Positions 17,055 through 25,650 of a stretch of 27,232 nt of DNA are shown here, in pieces. Positions within the stretch are counted from its first letter, which is position 1; every line of letters starts with the position of its first letter. Origin of the DNA: a virus (Duplodnaviria > Caudoviricetes). The stretch is from positions 1-27,232 of the IMG/VR virus record IMGVR_UViG_3300011335_000529. One strand, written 5' to 3'. Made by a program: the position numbers and the translations under genes. Below the pieces are notes generated by a model, which was not told the origin of the DNA, made no database searches, and worked only from the letters and a program-made list of their open reading frames with translations.

Positions 17055-17552
17055 ATGATTAATTTACAAAATTTACAGACCAACGATGACATATTAATTT
17101 ATGTTAACACGTTAGATGCTGATATTCCTTACACGTCTAATCTATTTCTTTTTGGTTTCAAAAATGGTTTTACTAATAAATGGACTTATGTAATGCCAGA
17201 AATTCTTGTACAAAATACAAGATACACTAAATTTAGAATTACATTAGTACATCCAGACGATCAAGATCCAGAGAATGGAATAGTGACTATGTCACCTGAT
17301 GGCAACTGGGATTATAAATTATGGGCGATTGATGAACCAACATTAAGTCCAGAATTTGGTTACGTATTAGACGAAGGTCAAATGTATTTAGACGGTACAT
17401 CGAATGAAGTAAATACAGTAACATACTACTCTGATAATGAAGCTGAAGAAAACGTTGTATACTTAACAAATGATTATGTACAATGTACAAAATGGAATTC
17501 AGCACCAGATTTATGGCAATTTGCTGTACAAAAATGGAATGAATGTTCATAA
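17055..17552 (+). CDS. Virion structural protein (possible neck/fibre-attachment protein)
   Basis: 165 aa, acidic and beta-rich, with a C-terminal Trp-periodic tail (KWNSAPDLWQFAVQKWNE), within the structural cluster. Confidence 0.5.
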   Translation: MINLQNLQTNDDILIYVNTLDADIPYTSNLFLFGFKNGFTNKWTYVMPEILVQNTRYTKFRITLVHPDDQDPENGIVTMSPDGNWDYKLWAIDEPTLSPEFGYVLDEGQMYLDGTSNEVNTVTYYSDNEAEENVVYLTNDYVQCTKWNSAPDLWQFAVQKWNECS

Positions 17553-17569
17553 GAAAATAAAATAAAGTA

Positions 17570-18568
17570 ATGGCGAATTTATTAAACAAATACATTTACG
17601 AAACCTATAAATCAATTATAGGAATTGGTCAATCTGGAACCTCTGGTTTAACTGGAAATCTAGAACCACTTACAGATGGAGAAGGTAAAGAATTACCTAT
17701 CGAAGTTTCTGAAACTCAAGTTAATTTAACTGCACCTACAACTGTACCAAATCTTTTTATTGAAGGTTATGGTGAAGTAATAAATGAACAAGGTTATTTT
17801 GTTGGTGAAGGCGGAGGTGGTGGAGGTACTGGTACTTCTGGTACTAGTGGCACGAGTGGATTGACAGGAAGTTCTGGCACAGCAGGAACAAGTGGTCAGA
17901 ATGGCTCATCAGGTACATCAGGTCGTAATGGATTTGCTGGACTAAATGGAACATCGGGTACAAGCGGTGTGTCTGAACCTGGTACGCCTGGCACATCAGG
18001 TACGAGTGGTACGAGTGGAGTACAAGGTCCAAGTGGCACGAGCGGAACATCAGGTATAAATGGTATTGGTGTTTATCAAAATTTAACACCAGCTAACTCT
18101 TCAATTACTTTAACAGCTGGTGTAAATACTATATTCGATACAATTTTAATTCCAGGAGATACTGTTAAAGATGCAAATAAAGTAGAAATTACTGCTAGAT
18201 ATTATATAAATAAAAATGGTTTAAATCCAACTACGTTAGGTGCAGTAACTTTGTATATTAACACAACACCTACTATCGGTGGTATTTCAACTGGATTACC
18301 AGGAATAATTACAGGAACTGCAAATGTAGCAGCTCAATTAAAAAGAGATGTTTTTGTAGTTAAAGCAGATGGTACAGGTCAAGGTAGTCAATTGTTTACA
18401 ACTGGAAGTTTTGCGGCTGAAACGGGTTTAACAGCTAACCCTGTCGAAGCTACTACATTTACACAAAATGCGATAGATTGGACCCAAGATCAATATGTTG
18501 TATTAACTGCAAACTCAACTTTAACTGGCATATCAATAGTACCAAAAGGTATTTCAATCAAAATATAA
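17570..18568 (+). CDS. Short collagen-like (Gly-Thr-Ser) fibre protein
   Basis: 332 aa: an N-terminal domain paralogous to the next gene, one Gly-X-Y tract and a C-terminal beta domain. Confidence 0.75.
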   Translation: MANLLNKYIYETYKSIIGIGQSGTSGLTGNLEPLTDGEGKELPIEVSETQVNLTAPTTVPNLFIEGYGEVINEQGYFVGEGGGGGGTGTSGTSGTSGLTGSSGTAGTSGQNGSSGTSGRNGFAGLNGTSGTSGVSEPGTPGTSGTSGTSGVQGPSGTSGTSGINGIGVYQNLTPANSSITLTAGVNTIFDTILIPGDTVKDANKVEITARYYINKNGLNPTTLGAVTLYINTTPTIGGISTGLPGIITGTANVAAQLKRDVFVVKADGTGQGSQLFTTGSFAAETGLTANPVEATTFTQNAIDWTQDQYVVLTANSTLTGISIVPKGISIKI

Positions 18569-18575
18569 TTAAATA

Positions 18576-20813
18576 ATGGCAAGTTTATTAAACAAATACA
18601 TTTACGAAACCTACAAAGGTTTAATCAAGACTTTAGATAACGAGCCTATTGATGGCGCATTAAAACCATTATCAGATGGTGAAGGCAATGAATTACCAAT
18701 TAAAGTATCAGATACTGACGTTGAAGTTGGTTTTTTAACTTCTAAAAACGTATTCATCGAAGCCTATGGTGAAGTAATTGACCAAAATGGTAATTGGGTT
18801 GGACCTCAACAAGGATTCGCTGGCACATCTGGTACGAGTGGTACTAACGGACAAAACGGTTCGTCTGGTACAAGTGGTAAGAATGGTACTACTGGAGTTT
18901 CTGGTAGTTCTGGAACTTCTGGCAAGAATGGAACTAATGGTTCTAGTGGCACAAGTGGAGTAAACGGTTCAAGTGGTCAAACTGGTTCTGCTGGAACTAG
19001 TGGCACATCTGGTTTATCTGCATTAGGATTACCTTCAAAAGTAATAACGACTGATAACCAAGGTTGGACTTTTGCTGATAATAAAAATACTAAAACATTT
19101 ACTTTTAATTCTGCTTTTGCTAATACAAATTATTCTGCAGATTTTACTTGGGATGTTAGCGACTTACCAAATCAAGTATTTAGTAATACTGGAGCTGTGC
19201 AAATAGAATTTATTAATAAAACTACAACCTCTATTACAGTTGTTGTTTATTTAGGAACTCCAATATCTAATTTTACATTTAATGGCTTTTTAACTTTAAT
19301 TGCATCTGGTGAAAGTAATGGATCTGGTACAAGCGGAACATCTGGTATGACTGGTGCACAAGGACCTCAAGGTGCCAATGGCACATCAGGCACGTCAGGT
19401 CAGAACGGAACTAGCGGAGCTAATGGAACATCAGGTACATCAGGCATCTCACAACCTGGAACACCTGGCACATCAGGAACAAGCGGTACAAGTGGTAATG
19501 GCACAAGCGGTACGAGTGGTACAAGTGGTATAAATGGTATTTCTACTGGTAGAACATACTTCTTTAACAATTCTCAAAATGCTGGTATTAACACATATAA
19601 ACTTTTATCACCAGATCCTACTGCCACAGCACAACAAACTGTTACTAAAACTTTAACTAATCAACAACAAAATGTTTTAGTACAAGAATTTATAACACCT
19701 TCATTAGGTTTTACAGTTATACCAGGTGGTGTACAAAGATTTCATTTACATTATAAAAAGCCTGCACAAAATGATAATATTGAAACATACGTTACATTAC
19801 AATTAGCTGACTCTGCAGGTGTACCATACGGTCCAGCAGCACCAACAAATGCTGCACTAATAGGATGGACAGATAATGTAAATCCAGTTGAAGTAGAAAT
19901 CGATTTAGTATTACCTACAACTGCAATACTTGCAACTGATAGAGTTATTGTTAAAATCTATTTAAATAATTTAGATTCAACATCACATACAGTTAACTGG
20001 TACACAGAAGGTTCATCTAATTATTCATACGTAACTACAACTGTAGCACCAACAACTGGTACGTCAGGAACTTCTGGCACAAATGGCACAAGCGGAACAA
20101 GTGGAGTTAATGGAGCACAAGGACCACAAGGAGCAAATGGTAGTTCTGGTACGAGTGGATTAACTGGTGCTACAGGAACAAGTGGTACGAGTGGTACATC
20201 TGGTGGTGGAGGTGTAGATATTTATAATTCTATTACAACCCCAACTATAATTTCAGGAGGTTTATCTTGGTATAAATTAAATGTACCAGCCTTATCCTTT
20301 GGTTTAACAGCCCAATCTATATCTATTAATAATGTTAGATTTACACCTGTTTTATCTTTACTACCCGGTGAAATAATAAAAGATGTTGCAATATACATTC
20401 AAACTGCTGTTGCTAGTTCTACAGTTGCATTAGGTTTATATAGCGTTAGTTTAGATGCAAATGGAGCTTTTTATGCAAGCACTTTAGTATCTAATTTTGG
20501 TACTATAGATAGTTCTACTACTGGTAGAAAAACAATAACTGGGGTAAACGTTACAATTCCAACTTCTGTAAATAATATTTATTATGTAGGTCTATTACAA
20601 GTAGGGGGCGCTTCAGCTGTTGCTGTAGCTGGACCAACAAATGGTTTATCTCCAGCATATTTTGCATCATTAAATGCAACAGTAATGGATAGAGCAATGT
20701 CAGTGCAAAGTACAGGTGTTAGTTATAGTGCATTACCATCTTCTATTAGCGCAGCAACTTGGGCAACATACACAAATAACACAACATACATATATGTTGG
20801 ATTTAAATCATAA
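18576..20813 (+). CDS. Long collagen-like (Gly-Thr-Ser) fibre protein
   Basis: 745 aa: three Gly-X-Y tracts (~18820-19015, ~19320-19550, ~20058-20213), each followed by a beta-rich globular domain. Confidence 0.75.
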   Translation: MASLLNKYIYETYKGLIKTLDNEPIDGALKPLSDGEGNELPIKVSDTDVEVGFLTSKNVFIEAYGEVIDQNGNWVGPQQGFAGTSGTSGTNGQNGSSGTSGKNGTTGVSGSSGTSGKNGTNGSSGTSGVNGSSGQTGSAGTSGTSGLSALGLPSKVITTDNQGWTFADNKNTKTFTFNSAFANTNYSADFTWDVSDLPNQVFSNTGAVQIEFINKTTTSITVVVYLGTPISNFTFNGFLTLIASGESNGSGTSGTSGMTGAQGPQGANGTSGTSGQNGTSGANGTSGTSGISQPGTPGTSGTSGTSGNGTSGTSGTSGINGISTGRTYFFNNSQNAGINTYKLLSPDPTATAQQTVTKTLTNQQQNVLVQEFITPSLGFTVIPGGVQRFHLHYKKPAQNDNIETYVTLQLADSAGVPYGPAAPTNAALIGWTDNVNPVEVEIDLVLPTTAILATDRVIVKIYLNNLDSTSHTVNWYTEGSSNYSYVTTTVAPTTGTSGTSGTNGTSGTSGVNGAQGPQGANGSSGTSGLTGATGTSGTSGTSGGGGVDIYNSITTPTIISGGLSWYKLNVPALSFGLTAQSISINNVRFTPVLSLLPGEIIKDVAIYIQTAVASSTVALGLYSVSLDANGAFYASTLVSNFGTIDSSTTGRKTITGVNVTIPTSVNNIYYVGLLQVGGASAVAVAGPTNGLSPAYFASLNATVMDRAMSVQSTGVSYSALPSSISAATWATYTNNTTYIYVGFKS

Positions 20814-20823
20814 ATATTATAAT

Positions 20824-21003
20824 ATGACAAAGCAAATAAATACAAACGAAGTATTCAAAATGAATGAAAATGGTGAAATGGTTTTAGTACACACTGAAAC
20901 TGTAGAGGTAGAAGTACCTACACCAGAAGAAATTATTGCTGAAAAAGAGGCAGAATTAATGAGAATTTATGCAGAAATTCAAGCTTTAAAAGAAACAAAA
21001 TAA
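20824..21003 (+). CDS. Small acidic coiled-coil protein (possible fibre chaperone)
   Basis: 59 aa from the ATG at 20824 (MTKQINTNEVF...), 10 nt after the fibre stop. The tracked ORF from 20716 overlaps the fibre gene and is probably over-extended. Confidence 0.65.
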   Translation: MTKQINTNEVFKMNENGEMVLVHTETVEVEVPTPEEIIAEKEAELMRIYAEIQALKETK

Positions 21004-21023
21004 AATAAAGTCGTATATATAAC

Positions 21024-21144
21024 TAGTAATTGATTTGTGCCAACATTGAATTACGATTTCATAATTAATTTTGTAAGCTAGTCTTTTTAGTACTGACTTA
21101 TTTTTTTGACTAGCTAAGCCCGTAGGTTCTCTACGGGCTTTTTT
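21024..21144 (+). ncRNA. Candidate structured small RNA or structured 3' UTR
   Basis: ORF-free segment with three consecutive stems: GTAATT/AATTAC (21026-21054), AGCTAGTC/GACTAGCT (21076-21115) and the terminator stem. Confidence 0.45.
21116..21144 (+). terminator. Intrinsic terminator
   Basis: AAGCCCGTAG-gttct-CTACGGGCTT followed by TTTT. Confidence 0.9.
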
Positions 21145-21187
21145 ATGTCTTATAATACTATAATATTTTTAAGTATTTAAGTAATTT

Positions 21188-21217
21188 TGAAACCTTTCTA
21201 TGGATAGATATATAATA
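21188..21217 (+). promoter_or_regulatory. Putative promoter (TGAAAC-N17-TATAATA) for the replication module
   Basis: TGAAAC at 21188-21193 and TATAATA at 21211-21217; the identical arrangement occurs at 25651-25680. Confidence 0.55.
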
Positions 21218-21243
21218 AGTAAATCATTAAAAAAATAAAAACT

Positions 21244-21486
21244 ATGGAATTACGTACAATTTTGCACACAGCAAACATCGATGCATACCAAAAGGTATTG
21301 CTAATGTATCTTTTAGATGCACAAAAAAATGGTAGAGAATGGGTTTGGTTTGAAGACATAGTCTCAGCAATGGGTGTCTCAGGTAAATGCTTTAGAGAAA
21401 AAGCAAACTTGTTAATTGAAAATCGCTGGATCACTAAAGGTCGCAGAGGTTATTATTCATTAAACAAATTCCCAAATTTATTCTAA
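21244..21486 (+). CDS. Small winged-helix DNA-binding protein
   Basis: 80 aa; FEDIVSAMGVSGKCFREKANLLIENRWI..GRRGYYSL has a wHTH pattern. Confidence 0.6.
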   Translation: MELRTILHTANIDAYQKVLLMYLLDAQKNGREWVWFEDIVSAMGVSGKCFREKANLLIENRWITKGRRGYYSLNKFPNLF

Positions 21487-21752
21487 TGGCACTAGCATCA
21501 TTACCTACATTACAAGAGTACATCGCGCATACTAATGCTTTAGAGCGCGATGGCTCACTTACTGTTGAACAGGTTATTATCCTACAGCAATGTTATAAAA
21601 ACACACTGGTAGACACGACAACTAATATCAGATACCTTATGCATGTAACTGGTCTAGATTGGAAAGCCATTAATTGGACATTGAATGGTTTAGTTATGAA
21701 AGGTGCTTTAGATAGAGTAGAAACAGGATATTATAAAACTAAAATCAAATAA
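21486..21752 (+). CDS. Small winged-helix DNA-binding protein
   Basis: 88 aa; IRYLMHVTGLDWKAINWTLNGLVMKGALDRVETGYY has a wHTH pattern; TAATG coupling to the previous gene. Confidence 0.6.
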   Translation: MALASLPTLQEYIAHTNALERDGSLTVEQVIILQQCYKNTLVDTTTNIRYLMHVTGLDWKAINWTLNGLVMKGALDRVETGYYKTKIK

Positions 21753-21753
21753 C

Positions 21754-21936
21754 ATGGAAGATGAAAAACACTACTTTATTATTGACATACTATTTAAAGA
21801 TTACCCACAAATAGAACCAATACTAAATACACTCAAAGAACAAAAGCACTATTTTATAGTTAATTTGTGTTCTAATATTAGAAATAGCAAAGTCACTAAA
21901 GTCTCTGCTAAAAGATTTAAAAAAGAAATAGAATAA
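21754..21936 (+). CDS. Hypothetical protein
   Basis: 60 aa ORF tightly packed in the operon, with an internal KHYFI duplication. Confidence 0.55.
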   Translation: MEDEKHYFIIDILFKDYPQIEPILNTLKEQKHYFIVNLCSNIRNSKVTKVSAKRFKKEIE

Positions 21937-21938
21937 TT

Positions 21939-22481
21939 ATGGAAAAAGAACAATCGTATTTTATGGTAATCCCAGCGTCAGTATGGGATTCTGAATTATC
22001 TGCTAAGGCAATGATATTATACGGTCACATAACAGTGTTGGCAAACAAAAAAGGCTTTTGCTTTGCTTCAAATGATTACTTTGCAAAACAAATGAGATGT
22101 AATGCAAGAACAATTCAAAGATGTTTTGTTGAATTAGAATCAAATAATTTGATAACAAGAGAGAATGTTTACAAAGAAGATTCTAAAGAAGTTGATATGC
22201 GAAAGATATATTTGTCACTAGCTAATGACAAAAATGTCAAGAGACCTAATGACAAAAATGTCAAGAGGCCTGTAGACAAAAATGTCACAAGGCCTGTAGA
22301 CAAAAATGTCATAGATAAGGATACAAGGTTTAATACTACAAGGGATAATATTACAAGAAGTAATAATAAAAAATTATTAAACCCTTTAACCCTAGGGCAA
22401 GAAGCTATTTTAGATGATTCTTTTGCAAAACAAGAACCTTATTCAAATGATGAATTAATGGTATTATCAATCGATATTTAA
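21939..22481 (+). CDS. Replication initiator-like protein (N-terminal HTH_36-type domain)
   Basis: YFMVIPA.V.D.ELS.KA..LYG.I..L.NK.G.CFASN.YFA...RTIQR...L is the typical phage replisome-organiser N-terminus; the gene contains iteron-like repeats. Confidence 0.8.
   Translation: MEKEQSYFMVIPASVWDSELSAKAMILYGHITVLANKKGFCFASNDYFAKQMRCNARTIQRCFVELESNNLITRENVYKEDSKEVDMRKIYLSLANDKNVKRPNDKNVKRPVDKNVTRPVDKNVIDKDTRFNTTRDNITRSNNKKLLNPLTLGQEAILDDSFAKQEPYSNDELMVLSIDI
22224..22311 (+). repeat. Iteron-like 24 bp tandem repeats (candidate replication origin)
   Basis: The core GACAAAAATGTCA starts at 22227, 22251, 22275 and 22299 (24 bp period) and is itself an inverted repeat (GACA-AAAA-TGTC). Confidence 0.8.
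22322..22365 (+). repeat. Three 15 bp-period AT-rich repeats next to the iterons
   Basis: TACAAG at 22322, 22337 and 22352, each followed 3 nt later by TAATA, then an A-rich run. Confidence 0.6.
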
Positions 22482-22497
22482 AAATTAAATTTATATT

Positions 22498-22869
22498 ATG
22501 GAACAATGGAAACTATTTAACGTTAAACCTTGGGTAATGGGTTATCCACAAAGCACAGGTATTTTTATTCAAGAAGACATGGGTACTAGAAATTGGATGG
22601 TATCAGACCATGGCAATGTTAAATTGGTATTAATGGCACATGATGGTATTATACATGAGGAAAGAATGGTTAACCAATTTTGGAAAGGCAAAACAGTTAA
22701 GTATTTAGGTATACCAACTGGACCTTATGTACACCGTTTAGTAGCTCAGCATTTTATAGACAATCCAAATGATTTTAGGTATGTTACGCACATCGATGGA
22801 GATCTAAGCAACAATCATGTTGATAATTTAGAATGGATCCCTGGAGGTAAACGTAAAAAAGATAAATAA
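22498..22869 (+). CDS. HNH endonuclease (NUMOD4/HNH_3-like)
   Basis: VSDHGNV...VHRLVAQHFIDNPND...VTHIDGDLSNNHVDNLEW. Confidence 0.85.
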   Translation: MEQWKLFNVKPWVMGYPQSTGIFIQEDMGTRNWMVSDHGNVKLVLMAHDGIIHEERMVNQFWKGKTVKYLGIPTGPYVHRLVAQHFIDNPNDFRYVTHIDGDLSNNHVDNLEWIPGGKRKKDK

Positions 22870-22890
22870 TCTATACTTAAAAAATAATAA

Positions 22891-23580
22891 ATGAAAGTTT
22901 ATCTACCTAATTGTTTTGCTAAATGGTTACAAACCTCACCACAAGAAGGTCAAGTCTTAGTAGTTGCATTGCTAACCAAGTTACATTCAATCTATGGTGT
23001 CGATACCTACTTTGAAATGTATAATGACGATTTAGATGCCATTAATCATACAGCTATTAAAGGCAGTGCGGTAACAGAAATTAAAAAGTTACAAACAATG
23101 GGTATCGTTAAACAAGCTAGAGGTTTAGAAATGCGTATAACATTACGTATCTCTGAAAATCTATTTGCAGGTTTAGATAGACGTTCACTTTATACAGATT
23201 CAATACCTTATGATCTATCGTTAAATGGTGCAATGCTTTGGACTTATGTTCTAGGTCGTATGGCTAATGTTGATGAGAATATAGAAATAACTGTAATAAA
23301 TAAAGTTAGAGAATATAGTAATACTCAAAATTCTGCTAACTTCCGCGGTAAAGAAAAGAAGGCCACTAGTCATATTTTGCCACAAGTTTACAGAGACTTA
23401 TTCTTAAAAGAAGTTGGTCAAGCTTTTAAAGGTGTAACAGAGTTTAAAGAGTTAAACCACAATGAGATGACTAAAAAAGAATATGGTCAAGTCTACTATG
23501 AAATGAGAAAGGCCGATGTACTAGAGAAGAAGCGTCAGCAATACCAAGAAAAAAAGAATAAAGAAAATGGAATCAATTAA
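22891..23580 (+). CDS. Hypothetical protein with basic helical C-terminus
   Basis: 229 aa ORF with an A-rich start context; no family recognised. Confidence 0.6.
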   Translation: MKVYLPNCFAKWLQTSPQEGQVLVVALLTKLHSIYGVDTYFEMYNDDLDAINHTAIKGSAVTEIKKLQTMGIVKQARGLEMRITLRISENLFAGLDRRSLYTDSIPYDLSLNGAMLWTYVLGRMANVDENIEITVINKVREYSNTQNSANFRGKEKKATSHILPQVYRDLFLKEVGQAFKGVTEFKELNHNEMTKKEYGQVYYEMRKADVLEKKRQQYQEKKNKENGIN

Positions 23581-23806
23581 TCTTTTTATAGAATTCACGT
23601 ACGATGAGTATAAAGGGATGTGTGATGCTGACAGAGAACAAGTTTATTATGCTTTATATAGTTTCTTTAACAACGAAGCCCTAGCTTACGATATGAGTCA
23701 GAGAGAAGTCTTTGACCACGTATATGCTAAAACAATAGAAGACGAATCATACGAGTTTACACATATTTTAAAAGACTTTGAGCAATTCTTTGGCGATGAT
23801 TTCTAA
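23567..23806 (+). CDS. Hypothetical acidic protein
   Basis: 79 aa, D/E/F/Y-rich, overlapping the previous gene by 14 nt. Confidence 0.6.
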   Translation: MESINLFIEFTYDEYKGMCDADREQVYYALYSFFNNEALAYDMSQREVFDHVYAKTIEDESYEFTHILKDFEQFFGDDF

Positions 23807-23812
23807 TCTTTT

Positions 23813-23845
23813 TGTCAAAAACCTATAATTTTATATTTATAATTA
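23813..23845 (+). promoter_or_regulatory. Putative late promoter (TGTCA-N15-ATATTTA) for the portal block
   Basis: TGTCA at 23813-23817 and ATATTTA at 23833-23839, continuing TAATTA as at the 8297 and 17024 sites. Confidence 0.7.
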
Positions 23846-23863
23846 GAAAACATACTTAAAAGA

Positions 23864-24997
23864 ATGTCAACATACAAAAAACAAATCTTCAACGTAGATA
23901 GAATTGAACCAAATCTACCAGTTTTTATCGAAAGACCTGGTAGAAGATGGGTAGAATACGGTGCAGACAATTTATGGCCACAATTTGTAGCTGGTCTTTA
24001 TAATAAATCAGCTATGAACAGAACCTGTATCGCATCTAAATTAGATGGTACAATTGGTCAAGGTTTTAAAACCCAAAAAGAAGAAGATAATTACTTATTA
24101 AAGAGAGCAAATCCAGATGAATCTTGGAATGAAGTGTTTGAGAAAGTAGCTTTAGATTATATTACATTTGGCGGTTATGCTCTTAATGTTATTTGGTCAA
24201 ACGATGGCGAGACAATTGCAGAGTTTTATCATTTAGATTTCTCTAGAGTTAGATCTGGTATTCATAACCCAGTTACAGATAAAGTAGAACACTATTATTA
24301 CTCATCAAATTGGGGTGACTGGAAAAAGTTTAAACCTTTAGAATATTGTGCATTTGATCCAGCAAAATCTATTGAAGCACCATCACAAGTAATGATGGTA
24401 TTTGATTACGAGCCTGGTTCATTGTTTTATCCATTACCGTCATATTCTGGTGGTCTTAATGATATTCAAATTGACGTAGAGGTATCAAAATTTCACATAA
24501 ATAATTTAGCAAATGGATTGGCACCATCTTTGTTCATTGGTTTGAATAATGGTATCCCAGATCCTGAAGCTAGAGAAGAAATCTACGATGAGATTACAAT
24601 GGCATTTAGAGGTTCTGAAAATGCAGGAAAATGCTTTATTGCTTTTTCTGATGACAAAGAACACGAACCAACTGTTTCACCAATACCTGCAGCAAACTCA
24701 GATTACTATGTACAACTAGAAACTAGAATAACATCTAGAATTTTATCAGCACATAGAATTACTTCACCTTTATTATTAGGTTTATACCATGAAGGTGGCA
24801 CTGGTTTAGGAAGTAACAAAGACGAGATCGAAACAGCATACGCTCACTTTATCGCGACAGTTATCAAGCCAATACAAAAATCAATGTTAAAAACATTTGA
24901 TAAAATTATGTACTACAGAGGTTATCCAGAAGTAGAATTGTATATTGAGCCTAATAAAATTGTTGAAGCAACTGAAAATACAATAGCACAAGAATAA
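23864..24997 (+). CDS. Portal protein
   Basis: 377 aa; WVEYGADNLWP, G.G, D...FGGYAL.V.W, YPLPSY, NGLAPS, GSENAGK and ILSAHRITSPLLLG resemble phage portal motifs. Confidence 0.85.
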   Translation: MSTYKKQIFNVDRIEPNLPVFIERPGRRWVEYGADNLWPQFVAGLYNKSAMNRTCIASKLDGTIGQGFKTQKEEDNYLLKRANPDESWNEVFEKVALDYITFGGYALNVIWSNDGETIAEFYHLDFSRVRSGIHNPVTDKVEHYYYSSNWGDWKKFKPLEYCAFDPAKSIEAPSQVMMVFDYEPGSLFYPLPSYSGGLNDIQIDVEVSKFHINNLANGLAPSLFIGLNNGIPDPEAREEIYDEITMAFRGSENAGKCFIAFSDDKEHEPTVSPIPAANSDYYVQLETRITSRILSAHRITSPLLLGLYHEGGTGLGSNKDEIETAYAHFIATVIKPIQKSMLKTFDKIMYYRGYPEVELYIEPNKIVEATENTIAQE

Positions 24998-25650
24998 TGA
25001 CAAACCCTAACGTTTTATTCGTATCAGAAGAGAAGTTAAAATCATTTACTTCAATTCACCAATCTGTATCACCTACAGACTTAACTCCTTATGTTTTGCA
25101 AGCACAAGACATTTACTTACAAAACTATTTAGGTGCAACATTCTACCAGCAATTACAAAATCAAGTAAAAGCTGGTACTTTATCTGCACCTAACAGATAT
25201 ATTTTAGACCAATTTATTGGTCCAATGCTTTGTAACTATGCATTTTACCATGCATTGCCATTCTTATCGTATAAAGTATTCAACAAATCTGTCTTAAAAC
25301 CAGAATCTGAAACTGCACCATCTATTGAATTAGATGAGTTAAAGTTCTTACAAAACCAAGTAAGAGAAGTAGCAGAGAGTTATACTAAACAAATGCAAAT
25401 TTATTTAAATAACAATCCTAATTTATATCCAGCGTGGACATCACCTAATACTTTAGATGGTATGACACCAGATAATAAAACACCTTATTTCTCAGGATTA
25501 CAAACCAATAGTAAATTCTTTAATTATAAGAAATACAGAAACTATCCTTATGGTACTGGAACTGCACCAGCAGGGTGGGTTGGTGGAAATGGATCTGGTT
25601 ACAATGGCGATCAACCGTGCTACGGATGTGGTGACTACCCCCTTAATTAA
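24997..25650 (+). CDS. Head-tail connector/adaptor protein
   Basis: 217 aa, coupled to the portal gene (TAATG); LFVSE..LK...AQDIYLQNYLG..FY..L is a motif I associate with Bacteroidota phage adaptors. Confidence 0.65.
   Translation: MTNPNVLFVSEEKLKSFTSIHQSVSPTDLTPYVLQAQDIYLQNYLGATFYQQLQNQVKAGTLSAPNRYILDQFIGPMLCNYAFYHALPFLSYKVFNKSVLKPESETAPSIELDELKFLQNQVREVAESYTKQMQIYLNNNPNLYPAWTSPNTLDGMTPDNKTPYFSGLQTNSKFFNYKKYRNYPYGTGTAPAGWVGGNGSGYNGDQPCYGCGDYPLN

Noticed and set aside
17287-18963. ORFs 17287-17595, 17844-18089 and 18778-18963
   Set aside because: Alternate readings of structural genes and low-complexity Gly-Thr-Ser repeats.
17570-20813. Possible diversity-generating retroelement or invertible fibre system
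   Set aside because: No reverse transcriptase or invertase in the window, and I saw no adenine-specific template/variable repeat pair; the paralogy is ordinary divergence.
22224-22311. 24 bp repeats considered as a CRISPR mini-array
   Set aside because: The repeats are in-frame tandem units with near-identical 11 nt linkers rather than unique 25-40 nt spacers, and no cas genes are present; an iteron reading fits better.
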